Positions 25,127 to 32,000 of a stretch of DNA of 32,000 bases are shown in pieces. The position numbers and the translations under genes are program-made. The stretch is from Desulfocapsa sulfexigens DSM 10523. GTDB taxonomy: Bacteria > Desulfobacterota > Desulfobulbia > Desulfobulbales > Desulfocapsaceae. The number at the start of each line of letters is the position of its first letter. Position 1 is the stretch's first letter. The stretch is taken from the NCBI RefSeq assembly GCF_000341395.1, contig NC_020304.1, positions 3,000,001 through 3,032,000 of the forward strand, in the 5' to 3' direction. The notes beneath the pieces are model-generated. The model did not search any database, had not been told where the DNA came from, and worked only from the letters and a program-made list of their open reading frames with translations.

Positions 25127-25864
25127 TTACCTCTTGGGAGGGTTGGCCATTGCAGCACATTGTTTTTCAAAGTTTCGTAAAAAATCTTCCATACAGCGCC
25201 CGGAGTCAAACCATCGGCGACACTCCTTATATGTTTTTTCGTAACGATTAAAGCTTTCGGCCTTACGTAAGGGGTTAAATTTAAATCCACCCTCATCTTT
25301 TCCTGCAAGACTGTCAGGATCAAGTTCCGTAAGAATCGTTTCTACAGTAGTTTCCATTGCCCTTTTAAAAGCGCGGTGCGATGTAACAAAAGCCGTCTTG
25401 ATCTTGTCCAGATGTTCCTTGAGTGAGGTGCTCTCGTGGTTTTTGTCGAGTTGTTCACCTATGAGGACGCGGATAGTCTTCTCGGTTTGCCCATCCTCAA
25501 GCAGAGTCAGATTTATTGTTCTGATAAGCTGATTGAGAGTCTCAAAAATTATGGTAAGTGTCTCGGTCAGTCGTTGTTGCAGGGCCTCGCTTTTCAAATC
25601 AATTTCTTCGACAGGGTGTCCCAAAAGGAGGGTACAGAAGCGGAGAAGCTGGTCATCACTATGGGATGGCATCGGAGGGGGGGCTGGAGATGCAGTGAAG
25701 CTGGAGATAATATCCTCAAGTATCTGCTGTTTTTTTTCATTATCATGACCCTTGAGCTCCTGATCGAGAAATGCCTCTATGGCAGCGGGCGCATTTTCAA
25801 TGTCCCGTTTGTAGATATTTCTGATGGTATCGACAAGGGAACCAACATTTGGATAAAGGTTCAT
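25127..25864 (-). CDS. Protein resembling the C-terminal module of TagH (T6SS Fha), but lacking an FHA domain
   Basis: 245 aa. It occupies the slot immediately upstream of tssJ that tagH/fha holds in many clusters. The C-terminal stretch ELDPDSLAGKDEGGFKFNPLRKAESFNRYEKTYKECRRWFDSGRCMEDFLRNFEKQC resembles, from memory, the conserved TagH C-terminal pattern (..k.W..Y...Y......ed.F...F...F..aY). No FHA signature is visible. Its ATG overlaps the upstream stop as ATGA. Confidence that this is a real CDS is high; the figure given is for the family assignment. Confidence 0.45.
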   Translation of the reverse strand: MNLYPNVGSLVDTIRNIYKRDIENAPAAIEAFLDQELKGHDNEKKQQILEDIISSFTASPAPPPMPSHSDDQLLRFCTLLLGHPVEEIDLKSEALQQRLTETLTIIFETLNQLIRTINLTLLEDGQTEKTIRVLIGEQLDKNHESTSLKEHLDKIKTAFVTSHRAFKRAMETTVETILTELDPDSLAGKDEGGFKFNPLRKAESFNRYEKTYKECRRWFDSGRCMEDFLRNFEKQCAAMANPPKR

Positions 25865-27135
25865 GACTTTTTCCCTGGTCGGAGAATGATTGTTTCTGCG
25901 AGCTCGTCATTTTCAGGTATGGGGTTCTTTTCTGAAAGCTGCCCGTCGGGGTGCTCCGGAGTGTAAGTTGTATTAAAGGTTGCTTTGTCAGGAGGAGGCA
26001 TTTTTACAGTTTGCACTGTATCCTCATCAGTGGAGAAATGGTTTTCAGGACCTCCCATAATAACGGTTTCCTGGCTGAAATCATCAACTGTGTCACTGTC
26101 TCTGACCGATGAAATGTGGTTGCTGGATATATTTTCTTTATGGAAAGAGACAGGAGCTTTTTGTTTATGCTTTTGAGCAAGCTTTTGCATAATAGTAAGA
26201 ATTGCTTCATCATGGTTCTGTTCTCCTCTTTTTTCCTGGATAGTGTCTGTTGGGCTGGGAACAGAGGCAGATGGCTCCTGAAAAGATGGGAACTGTTTGT
26301 GTTGCAGCAGTGGCAGTAAATGAAACCCGTCGAGAGAGTCACGTTCAGTTATCAGCATATAGAAAGGATAAAAAGCGAGTCCAAATATGGTGTCATGCAC
26401 GGCCTGTTGGGAGCCGTAGCAGAGTTCATGATCCTGACAATTCAGACAGGGGAAAGGATTATCCTGCAAAGGTTGCGAATCAAATTTGCTGTAATCGATA
26501 AACAACTGTCTGCAATCGTGAACAGTTGAAGGCTCGTTAGCTTGTTTTTCTCGAGTATACCATAGAGACTGGCCATTTGACTGGGTGCATGAAGGACAGA
26601 AGAGATAGCGGTGCAGACCTGTTGAGTATGGAGCCAATCCGGCCAACTGAAGCAGCACATCATCTTTGCAAAGCTGTAAAGTCTTGCCACATTCGGGGCA
26701 GGGGAGTTCAAAAAAAACTTCTTTTTTCCTGCAGTAGAAGAGAGATGCAAAGGCCAGCAGTTGCTGCTGTCTGTCAACTTGGGTGGCAAGTAGAATAGAG
26801 TGTTCGGGTGTTCTGGCACGACGCATAGTCATCGCCTGCTGCCAGTACTGATCAATTATGGAGTTGTTGAGAAACGAATCCTGCTCTAGGGGCCATTGGA
26901 TAGTATCCCGTTGAATTAACAGATTAACCTCTTTGATAGTGGAGCCAAAATCAGTGACAAATGCACCACGGAAAGTTCGGGCAAGCGGGTCTGCGTCATT
27001 AAGTATTGTAAAGGGAGCCGATGAGAAGTTATCGGGTGATGTGTTGGGTGTGGCCGGTCGGAGACGCAGGTAGAACTTTTGTTGTTCGGGGAGAAGATAT
27101 GATAGAAGGGAGGGATGGACACTTGTTTCTTTCAT
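25861..27135 (-). CDS. Uncharacterised Cys-rich (putative zinc-ribbon) protein with a disordered acidic/Ser-rich C-terminal half; first gene of the T6SS array
   Basis: 424 aa. CxxC pairs are present: ELPCPECGKTLQLC .. YLFCPSCTQ .. FPCLNCQDHELCYG. The C-terminal ~150 aa are low-complexity (QEPSASVPSPTDTIQEKRGEQNHDE.., SSVRDSDTVDDFSQE.., PEHPDGQLSEKNPIPENDE). It is translationally coupled (ATGA) to the next gene. I recognise no family. Confidence 0.6.
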   Translation of the reverse strand: MKETSVHPSLLSYLLPEQQKFYLRLRPATPNTSPDNFSSAPFTILNDADPLARTFRGAFVTDFGSTIKEVNLLIQRDTIQWPLEQDSFLNNSIIDQYWQQAMTMRRARTPEHSILLATQVDRQQQLLAFASLFYCRKKEVFFELPCPECGKTLQLCKDDVLLQLAGLAPYSTGLHRYLFCPSCTQSNGQSLWYTREKQANEPSTVHDCRQLFIDYSKFDSQPLQDNPFPCLNCQDHELCYGSQQAVHDTIFGLAFYPFYMLITERDSLDGFHLLPLLQHKQFPSFQEPSASVPSPTDTIQEKRGEQNHDEAILTIMQKLAQKHKQKAPVSFHKENISSNHISSVRDSDTVDDFSQETVIMGGPENHFSTDEDTVQTVKMPPPDKATFNTTYTPEHPDGQLSEKNPIPENDELAETIILRPGKKS

Positions 27136-27301
27136 ATTATGTTTATCTCTTTCACACTTGAATGTGGTGAGCGTTACATGAATTCGAACTTGAAAGCTGC
27201 TGATATCACTTCGGGTTATTTATTTAATACACCATGTTCAAGGAGATTTTGTCAAGTTTATTATCAGGTTTCCCAAACTCCTTAGTTGCTGTTTTACTCG
27301 G
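27136..27301 (-). promoter_or_regulatory. Intergenic region between the efflux operon and the first T6SS gene; probable T6SS promoter region
   Basis: 166-nt non-coding gap. A perfect TTGACA sits at 27255..27250 (minus strand), but the best downstream -10 (TATTAA) is at a poor 20-nt spacing. A direct repeat TTCAAGT occurs twice, ~40 nt apart, closer to the ATG. No GG-N10-GC sigma54 pattern was found. Confidence 0.3.
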
Positions 27302-28576
27302 TCAGGTAGAACTGCCAAGAGCGACGATTGGATCTATACGAGAGGCTTTTTGGGCAGGATAGAGACCAAAAAAGAGTCCGATTAGTATTGCTACAACCAG
27401 AGGGACAATAAGGCCGGGTATTGAGAATGTGATTGGCCATTTTGTGAGAGAGCCAATAACAAGAGAAAGAAAGATGCCGCCGACAATTCCCAAAAGCCCG
27501 CCTGTGAAGGTGAGAAGCACCGCTTCACTGAGAAACTGGGCAAGAATATGTTCGGGACTGGCACCTACAGCGCGTCTGAGACCAATCTCTTTTATTCGTT
27601 CGGATATGTTGGCAAGCATGATATTCATGATCCCTATACCTCCGATGATAAGAGAAAGTGCCGCTATTATGCCTAAAACAATATTGAATATATGCTGAAT
27701 TCTTTGCGATTGCGCAAGTAATTCAAGGGGAATGACAAGCTGAAAATCATCTACTCCGTTATGGGCAATCTCCAGGCTGCGGCGAATAAGCATAGCTGCT
27801 GTGGAGATCTGGTCTGTGCTGTGTATTCTCACTATGATTTCACTCAACGGCGGCTTGTCGTACGATGATGTGTTGTTTGTCCTGCTATCTGATTCAATAA
27901 CATCAAGTGGAAAAAAAATTGTGTCATTGAGGTTTTGCATGGTGAACTGTGTTTCGGCGGTGTTTGAGAGATCCTGACGGTTGAGAACACCCACAACCTG
28001 GAAGAGCTGATCTCCAATGCGAAGAGATTGTCCAAGCCGCCCATTTTCACCAAGTCTACTGGCGATCTGCCAGCCAAGGACACATACCTGGTTTCGCTCA
28101 CCTGTATCTGATTCGCTGATAAAACGACCATTATCAAGTTTGATGCCAAGTATACGACCATAACTTGCTGTACATTCAACAAGCTTGGGGCTCAGGTGCT
28201 CGGGGAGTCCGGTTAAATTGAGAGCCCGTTCTCTGGCCGCTGCGGTGTCACTGATAAAAGAATTATTGCTTTGCAGTCGATAACGATCGTCGTCCTGCAG
28301 GCCGGCTGAATGGTGCTCCCTGGCACGTGACCGTTGTTCCGGGGTCAGTTGGTCTGCCCTGATGTATATGTTGTTCACGCCCATTTTTTCAATCTGTCGT
28401 AACGTTTCCTGCTTCGCTCCATCACCGATGGCGATGATAGCCACCACAGCCATGACACCGCAGATAATACCTAGAGTAGAGAGAGTTGAACGGAGCTTAT
28501 GCTGCAGCAGGGAAGAGCAGGCGGTTTTGATGATTATTTTGATGAAATGTTTGTGTTTATTCAAGGTAACCATCAA
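27302..28576 (-). CDS. ABC transporter permease, MacB/FtsX-type (N-terminal TM, large periplasmic domain, C-terminal FtsX 3-TM bundle)
   Basis: 424 aa. It starts ..LRSTLSTLGIICGVMAVVAIIAIGDGAKQE, typical of the MacB/LolC N-terminus. The C-terminal FtsX-like region reads ..RIKEIGLRRAVGASPEHILAQFLSEAVLLTFTGGLLGI... It overlaps the ATPase gene by 20 nt. Confidence 0.88.
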   Translation of the reverse strand: MMVTLNKHKHFIKIIIKTACSSLLQHKLRSTLSTLGIICGVMAVVAIIAIGDGAKQETLRQIEKMGVNNIYIRADQLTPEQRSRAREHHSAGLQDDDRYRLQSNNSFISDTAAARERALNLTGLPEHLSPKLVECTASYGRILGIKLDNGRFISESDTGERNQVCVLGWQIASRLGENGRLGQSLRIGDQLFQVVGVLNRQDLSNTAETQFTMQNLNDTIFFPLDVIESDSRTNNTSSYDKPPLSEIIVRIHSTDQISTAAMLIRRSLEIAHNGVDDFQLVIPLELLAQSQRIQHIFNIVLGIIAALSLIIGGIGIMNIMLANISERIKEIGLRRAVGASPEHILAQFLSEAVLLTFTGGLLGIVGGIFLSLVIGSLTKWPITFSIPGLIVPLVVAILIGLFFGLYPAQKASRIDPIVALGSST

Positions 28577-29243
28577 TCATGTACCGTGTAGACCGGGCAA
28601 GTTTGGCAACATCGCGATCGTGGGTGACCATTATAACGGTGCAGCCCTGTTTATTGATTTCTTGAAATAAGGAGAGGACTTCCAGAGTGCTGGAATGATC
28701 AAGATTACCTGTGGGTTCGTCTGCCAGGATAAGCTCAGGTTGCATGGCAAGAGCACGTGCAATCGTTACTCTTTGCATCTCTCCACCGGAGAGTTCAGCT
28801 GGCTTGTGCATCATGCGCTTGTCCAGACCAACCTGATCGATGGCCCGACGGGCATTTTCACCGGCCTGTTCAGGCGCCATTCCATTGTAAAGGGCGGGAA
28901 GCAGGACATTTTCCATTACTGTCATTGCAGGTAACAGGTGAAAATTCTGAAAAACATGAGCAACAGTGTTTGCCCTGAGCCTTGCAAGTTCCTTCTCTTT
29001 AAGTTGCAGTATGTCTCGATTGTTGAGAAAATAGCTACCACTGCTTGGTCTCAGGAGGCAACCGAGAATGTGAAGAAGGGTAGACTTTCCTGAACCAGAT
29101 GCACCCATAACAGCGATAAACTCACCATGATGAACATCCATGTCAACGCCGTGCAGTACTTCTATCTTTCCGGATCCATGGGGATAGTGGTGACGAAGTT
29201 CTCTTGTGGAAATGAGCATATTCTGTTTATCGTTCCGGCTCAT
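28557..29243 (-). CDS. ABC transporter ATP-binding protein (MacB/LolD-like)
   Basis: 228 aa. Walker [17 protein letters not shown]-loop, ABC signature [15 protein letters not shown], Walker [13 protein letters not shown] and H-loop VTHD are all present. Confidence 0.93.
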   Translation of the reverse strand: MSRNDKQNMLISTRELRHHYPHGSGKIEVLHGVDMDVHHGEFIAVMGASGSGKSTLLHILGCLLRPSSGSYFLNNRDILQLKEKELARLRANTVAHVFQNFHLLPAMTVMENVLLPALYNGMAPEQAGENARRAIDQVGLDKRMMHKPAELSGGEMQRVTIARALAMQPELILADEPTGNLDHSSTLEVLSLFQEINKQGCTVIMVTHDRDVAKLARSTRYMIDGYLE

Positions 29244-30679
29244 CAGTTAATGACGGGATGTATCATGGATACGGTTTCTCCCGCCTTGAGTCCATCGGTT
29301 ACCTCTATGAAGTTTTCATTGCTGTATCCGGTATGTATACGGCGTAATACCAGTTTGCTGCCGTTTTTGACATAGCAGTAGTGGCCACTGCTGTCATGGA
29401 ATACAGCTTCCACAGGAAGTGACAGGGCCTGTTGCAGATTGGCAGTCTCAATAATAATACGGGCAGACATGCCTGGTCTGAGTTTTTTCTCTACCCTGTC
29501 AAAGGAGAAGTGAACCTGGAAGTATTTTTCTCCCTCTCTGCGTCCTGGTCGTTTCTTTGCCAATGCACCGATAAAAGAGAGTCTGGCTGGAAAACTGATG
29601 TCGGGATATGCTTCTACGGTGATGGTTGTACTCTGACCAATAGCCACTTTATGGAGATCAATTTCACGAATTGTACTCTTCACAATAAGACTCTCGATGT
29701 CGGGTAGATAGAGAATAGGGCTGTTAATTATAACAGTGTCGCCTTCACGGACAGTTCGCATTTCGCCATTGTAGAAACTTTCATGGTGGATAAGGAGACC
29801 GTCAAAGGGAGCACGTAGTACGGTTTTATCAAGCTCTGATTCTGCCTGTTCCAGAGCAGTTTGTTTTGCCTTCAGCTTTGCCATTACCTGCTGAATAGCA
29901 GCCTGGGCCCTGGCAATTTTGTGGACACCAGCCTGTCGTATTTGCTGATAAGCAAGTTTTGCATTTTCTACCTTGGCCTTGCTACTCTCCGTAAGAGAAG
30001 GCAGCACCAGGTCTCGATAACTTTTATAGCGACGGTCGGCGCTGGCAAATTGTTCAGTAAATGTGTCAATTTTTTCCTGTCCACGACTGATTTCGGCAGG
30101 ATTACTGTATCCATCGTCAGCCAGTAGCTTCAGGTCTCTTACATAGTCCTGGTAGCGTTTGAGTTCAGACTGGGCTTTATCACGTTCGTCCTGATATTGG
30201 GTAAGGGTTATGGGACCTTCACCCTGAACGAGTCTGTCAAATTCAAGACGGGCCACCTTGAGATTGTAGTCTGATGTGGTAACTCGCTGGGCCAACTCGG
30301 TTTTTTCCCACTCGAGTAACTGTTCCGCTGCATTGACACCGGCGCTGAGATCATCGATCTGGGCAGAGAGTTCTGCAATGATTTCTTCAAATTGAGTTGG
30401 ATCAAATCGGACCAGTACATCTCCTTTTTTTACAGGATAGCCATCAGGAGCGAGATAAATAACCTTTGCTCCGGCCCCCTTAATGCTGGATGATACGAAA
30501 TAAGCGTTGACCGCTTCTAAAGTGCCAAGGGTCTTCACTGTAATTTGAAAATCGCGAAGGGTGGCTGTGGTGAAGGAGGAAGGTTTTTCTTGTACCTGTT
30601 CGTCACTGCTCCAAAGGACTTGAGTTAATGTGAAGGCAAAAAAAACCAGAACAGCGGTGAGTAGAAAAAAACGTTTCAT
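29243..30679 (-). CDS. Periplasmic efflux adaptor (HlyD/MFP family)
   Basis: 478 aa. N-terminal signal/anchor (MKRFFLLTAVLVFFAFTLTQVLW). Lipoyl-like motif (YLAPDGYPVKKGDVLVRFD). A long coiled-coil hairpin region is present, then a beta-barrel C-terminal part (..LRAPFDGLL..). Its start overlaps the TolC-like stop as ATGA. Confidence 0.9.
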   Translation of the reverse strand: MKRFFLLTAVLVFFAFTLTQVLWSSDEQVQEKPSSFTTATLRDFQITVKTLGTLEAVNAYFVSSSIKGAGAKVIYLAPDGYPVKKGDVLVRFDPTQFEEIIAELSAQIDDLSAGVNAAEQLLEWEKTELAQRVTTSDYNLKVARLEFDRLVQGEGPITLTQYQDERDKAQSELKRYQDYVRDLKLLADDGYSNPAEISRGQEKIDTFTEQFASADRRYKSYRDLVLPSLTESSKAKVENAKLAYQQIRQAGVHKIARAQAAIQQVMAKLKAKQTALEQAESELDKTVLRAPFDGLLIHHESFYNGEMRTVREGDTVIINSPILYLPDIESLIVKSTIREIDLHKVAIGQSTTITVEAYPDISFPARLSFIGALAKKRPGRREGEKYFQVHFSFDRVEKKLRPGMSARIIIETANLQQALSLPVEAVFHDSSGHYCYVKNGSKLVLRRIHTGYSNENFIEVTDGLKAGETVSMIHPVIN

Positions 30680-32000
30680 GGTTTTGTCTCAGGAGAATAG
30701 GCAAGCAGGGTACCCATGACAGCACGCAGTCGGTATCCGTTTATGATATAGTTGATCTCGTCGGACATGAGATTTACTCTGGCGCGCTCGACCTGGGTTT
30801 GAGATTCAATGAGGTCGAAATTGTCTGCTTCGTTGTACTGGAATTTAATATGGGCCAGTCGTTGTTTACCAGTTGCCTGGATAAGCTGTTCCCGTCGAAG
30901 TGCTATTCGTTCCTCTGATTTTTCCAGGGAGTTGAGCACCGTTCGGACCTCACGGATAATGTTTTGCTGAGATGACTCGAATTTAAGATTCTCGCGCTTG
31001 ACAGCGAGACGACTCTTTGCCCAGGCGGTTTTTTCTTCTGAACGTGCCAGGTCGGTACTGCTTGTCAGACCAATACTCCAACGGTCCTCATCGAAAAAAA
31101 GAACATCCCCAAAGTCGCTTGAACGGCCCCGCCGAGTGTAAGTACTTACAAGTTTGAGCTCTGGAAGAGTGTTATGCCGGGCGATCTTTTCCCGGCGCAT
31201 TGCCTCAGCGATATCGGCTTTACTCTGGAATGATTCAATCCGTTGTTTAAGAGCTATCTTGACGGCCTGCTCCCTCTTCATCGTGATGAGTGTGTATTCC
31301 TGTGGAGCTTCAACATAAATGGGGCTGTCAAGTGGCAGGGCAACAATATCTTTTAAACGATCAGCGATTTCAGCGACCCGTTCTCTGGCGAGGCTCAAAC
31401 TCTCTTGGATATCTTTTATACGAATTTCTGCACGATAAATATCCATGGATTTCGCAATGCCGGATTTTTCTTTAACAATTGCACTTTTTAAATGGACTTT
31501 AAGATGTTTAAGTTGCTCGGTGTAGAGAGAAACCAGATGTTGTTCCCGGATAAGGGTGTAGACAGTGGTGACTGTATTGAGGATTGTATTTACTTTTTTT
31601 TGATGCAATGTTCGGTCTGAAGAGGCGAGGGCGTATTCGCTGGCATAAACACTGTCCAAGTTGATATCTTTCCCCAGACCACGTATCAGTGGTATTGCAA
31701 GTGAAAAACCAACCCCTGCACCATACTCATCAGTCTCCTTTTCGATACTTGGTTCCAGATTCAGGATGACACCGCTTGTAAACTTTTTAGAGATCAACCC
31801 TCCAACTCTCCAGATGGACTGTTCTTCCTCGGGGTTTGAGGTGTAATTAATACTGGAAAGAGGGTTGACCTTAATGTCAAAAGTGTTCTGGGCTGCTTCC
31901 ATATTGAGGCGACTGTTATCCAGATCCAGAGTGTCACTGATAAGGTTGCGATTGTAGCGGAGGGCTCTTGCGACAGCAGTCTCCAAAGTAAGACGAACAG
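30676..32000 (-). CDS. TolC-family outer-membrane efflux protein (5' end beyond window)
   Basis: The frame remains open upstream of the TTG listed at 31986 (..VRLTLETAVARAL..), so the true start is probably off window. The sequence is rich in the helical repeats typical of outer-membrane factors (..AEIRIKDIQESLSLARERVAEI.., ..LIESQTQVERARVNLMSDEINY..). It is the first gene of the adaptor-ATPase-permease operon. Confidence 0.8.
   Translation of the reverse strand, partial: VRLTLETAVARALRYNRNLISDTLDLDNSRLNMEAAQNTFDIKVNPLSSINYTSNPEEEQSIWRVGGLISKKFTSGVILNLEPSIEKETDEYGAGVGFSLAIPLIRGLGKDINLDSVYASEYALASSDRTLHQKKVNTILNTVTTVYTLIREQHLVSLYTEQLKHLKVHLKSAIVKEKSGIAKSMDIYRAEIRIKDIQESLSLARERVAEIADRLKDIVALPLDSPIYVEAPQEYTLITMKREQAVKIALKQRIESFQSKADIAEAMRREKIARHNTLPELKLVSTYTRRGRSSDFGDVLFFDEDRWSIGLTSSTDLARSEEKTAWAKSRLAVKRENLKFESSQQNIIREVRTVLNSLEKSEERIALRREQLIQATGKQRLAHIKFQYNEADNFDLIESQTQVERARVNLMSDEINYIINGYRLRAVMGTLLAYSPETKP

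Noticed and set aside
24592-25323. Long 243-aa version of the tssJ ORF
   Set aside because: The first ~67 codons overlap the upstream TagH-like gene and have no signal-peptide character. A TTG at 25122 with a good SD gives a canonical lipoprotein signal peptide plus lipobox, so the shorter model is preferred.
25436-25966. Plus-strand 176-aa ORF
   Set aside because: This is a shadow ORF antisense to the TagH-like and Cys-rich genes, with no supporting signal.
27136-27301. Sigma54 promoter or rho-independent terminator between the efflux operon and the T6SS
   Set aside because: No GG-N10-GC arrangement was found, and no GC-rich stem followed by a T-tract. Only a TTGACA hexamer with a poorly spaced -10 is present.
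1-32000. Mobile element, genomic-island boundaries or anti-phage defence system
   Set aside because: No integrase, transposase, tRNA, terminal inverted repeats or direct repeats were seen. All sizeable ORFs are accounted for by T6SS, efflux or T6SS-linked accessory genes. No nuclease, helicase or methylase motifs typical of defence systems were noticed.

Overview
The window is almost entirely coding and every credible gene is on the minus strand. No rRNA, tRNA, CRISPR array, transposase or integrase was seen. The sequence looks like a diderm (Gram-negative) bacterium with moderate-to-low GC by eye.

Reading in the direction of transcription (high to low coordinates), there are two blocks.

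(1) 32000-27302: a four-gene tripartite ABC efflux operon. It encodes a TolC-like outer-membrane factor (5' end off window), a HlyD-type periplasmic adaptor, an ABC ATPase and a MacB/FtsX-type permease.

(2) 27135-1: one co-directional, tightly packed array of 20 genes encoding a complete type VI secretion system. All 13 core components are present. The order is: Cys-rich unknown, FHA-less TagH-C-like protein, tssJ, tssK, tssL, tssM, tssA, a 164-nt AT-rich gap, tssB, tssC, hcp, tssE, tssF, tssG, clpV, vgrG. A spike-associated module follows: a DUF2169 + pentapeptide-repeat fusion, a pentapeptide-repeat protein, a DUF3540-like protein and a DUF4150 PAAR-like protein. As far as I recall, this is the TagAB/TagB/TagC/TagD arrangement of Burkholderia T6SS-5.

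The last gene is absent from the supplied ORF track because it has no stop codon inside the window. I translated it by hand. It is a fusion of a cytoplasmic FHA domain, one TM helix and a periplasmic SLT lytic transglycosylase.

The points most worth follow-up are:
- the FHA-TM-SLT fusion;
- the apparent rewiring of TagH, with a stand-alone C-terminal-like module in the tagH slot preceded by an uncharacterised zinc-ribbon-like protein;
- the absence of any recognisable toxin/immunity pair, Ser/Thr kinase/phosphatase or enhancer-binding protein;
- the unexplained pentapeptide-repeat content attached to the spike.

All domain calls rest on motifs I could read in the translations and on synteny. 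No database search was run.
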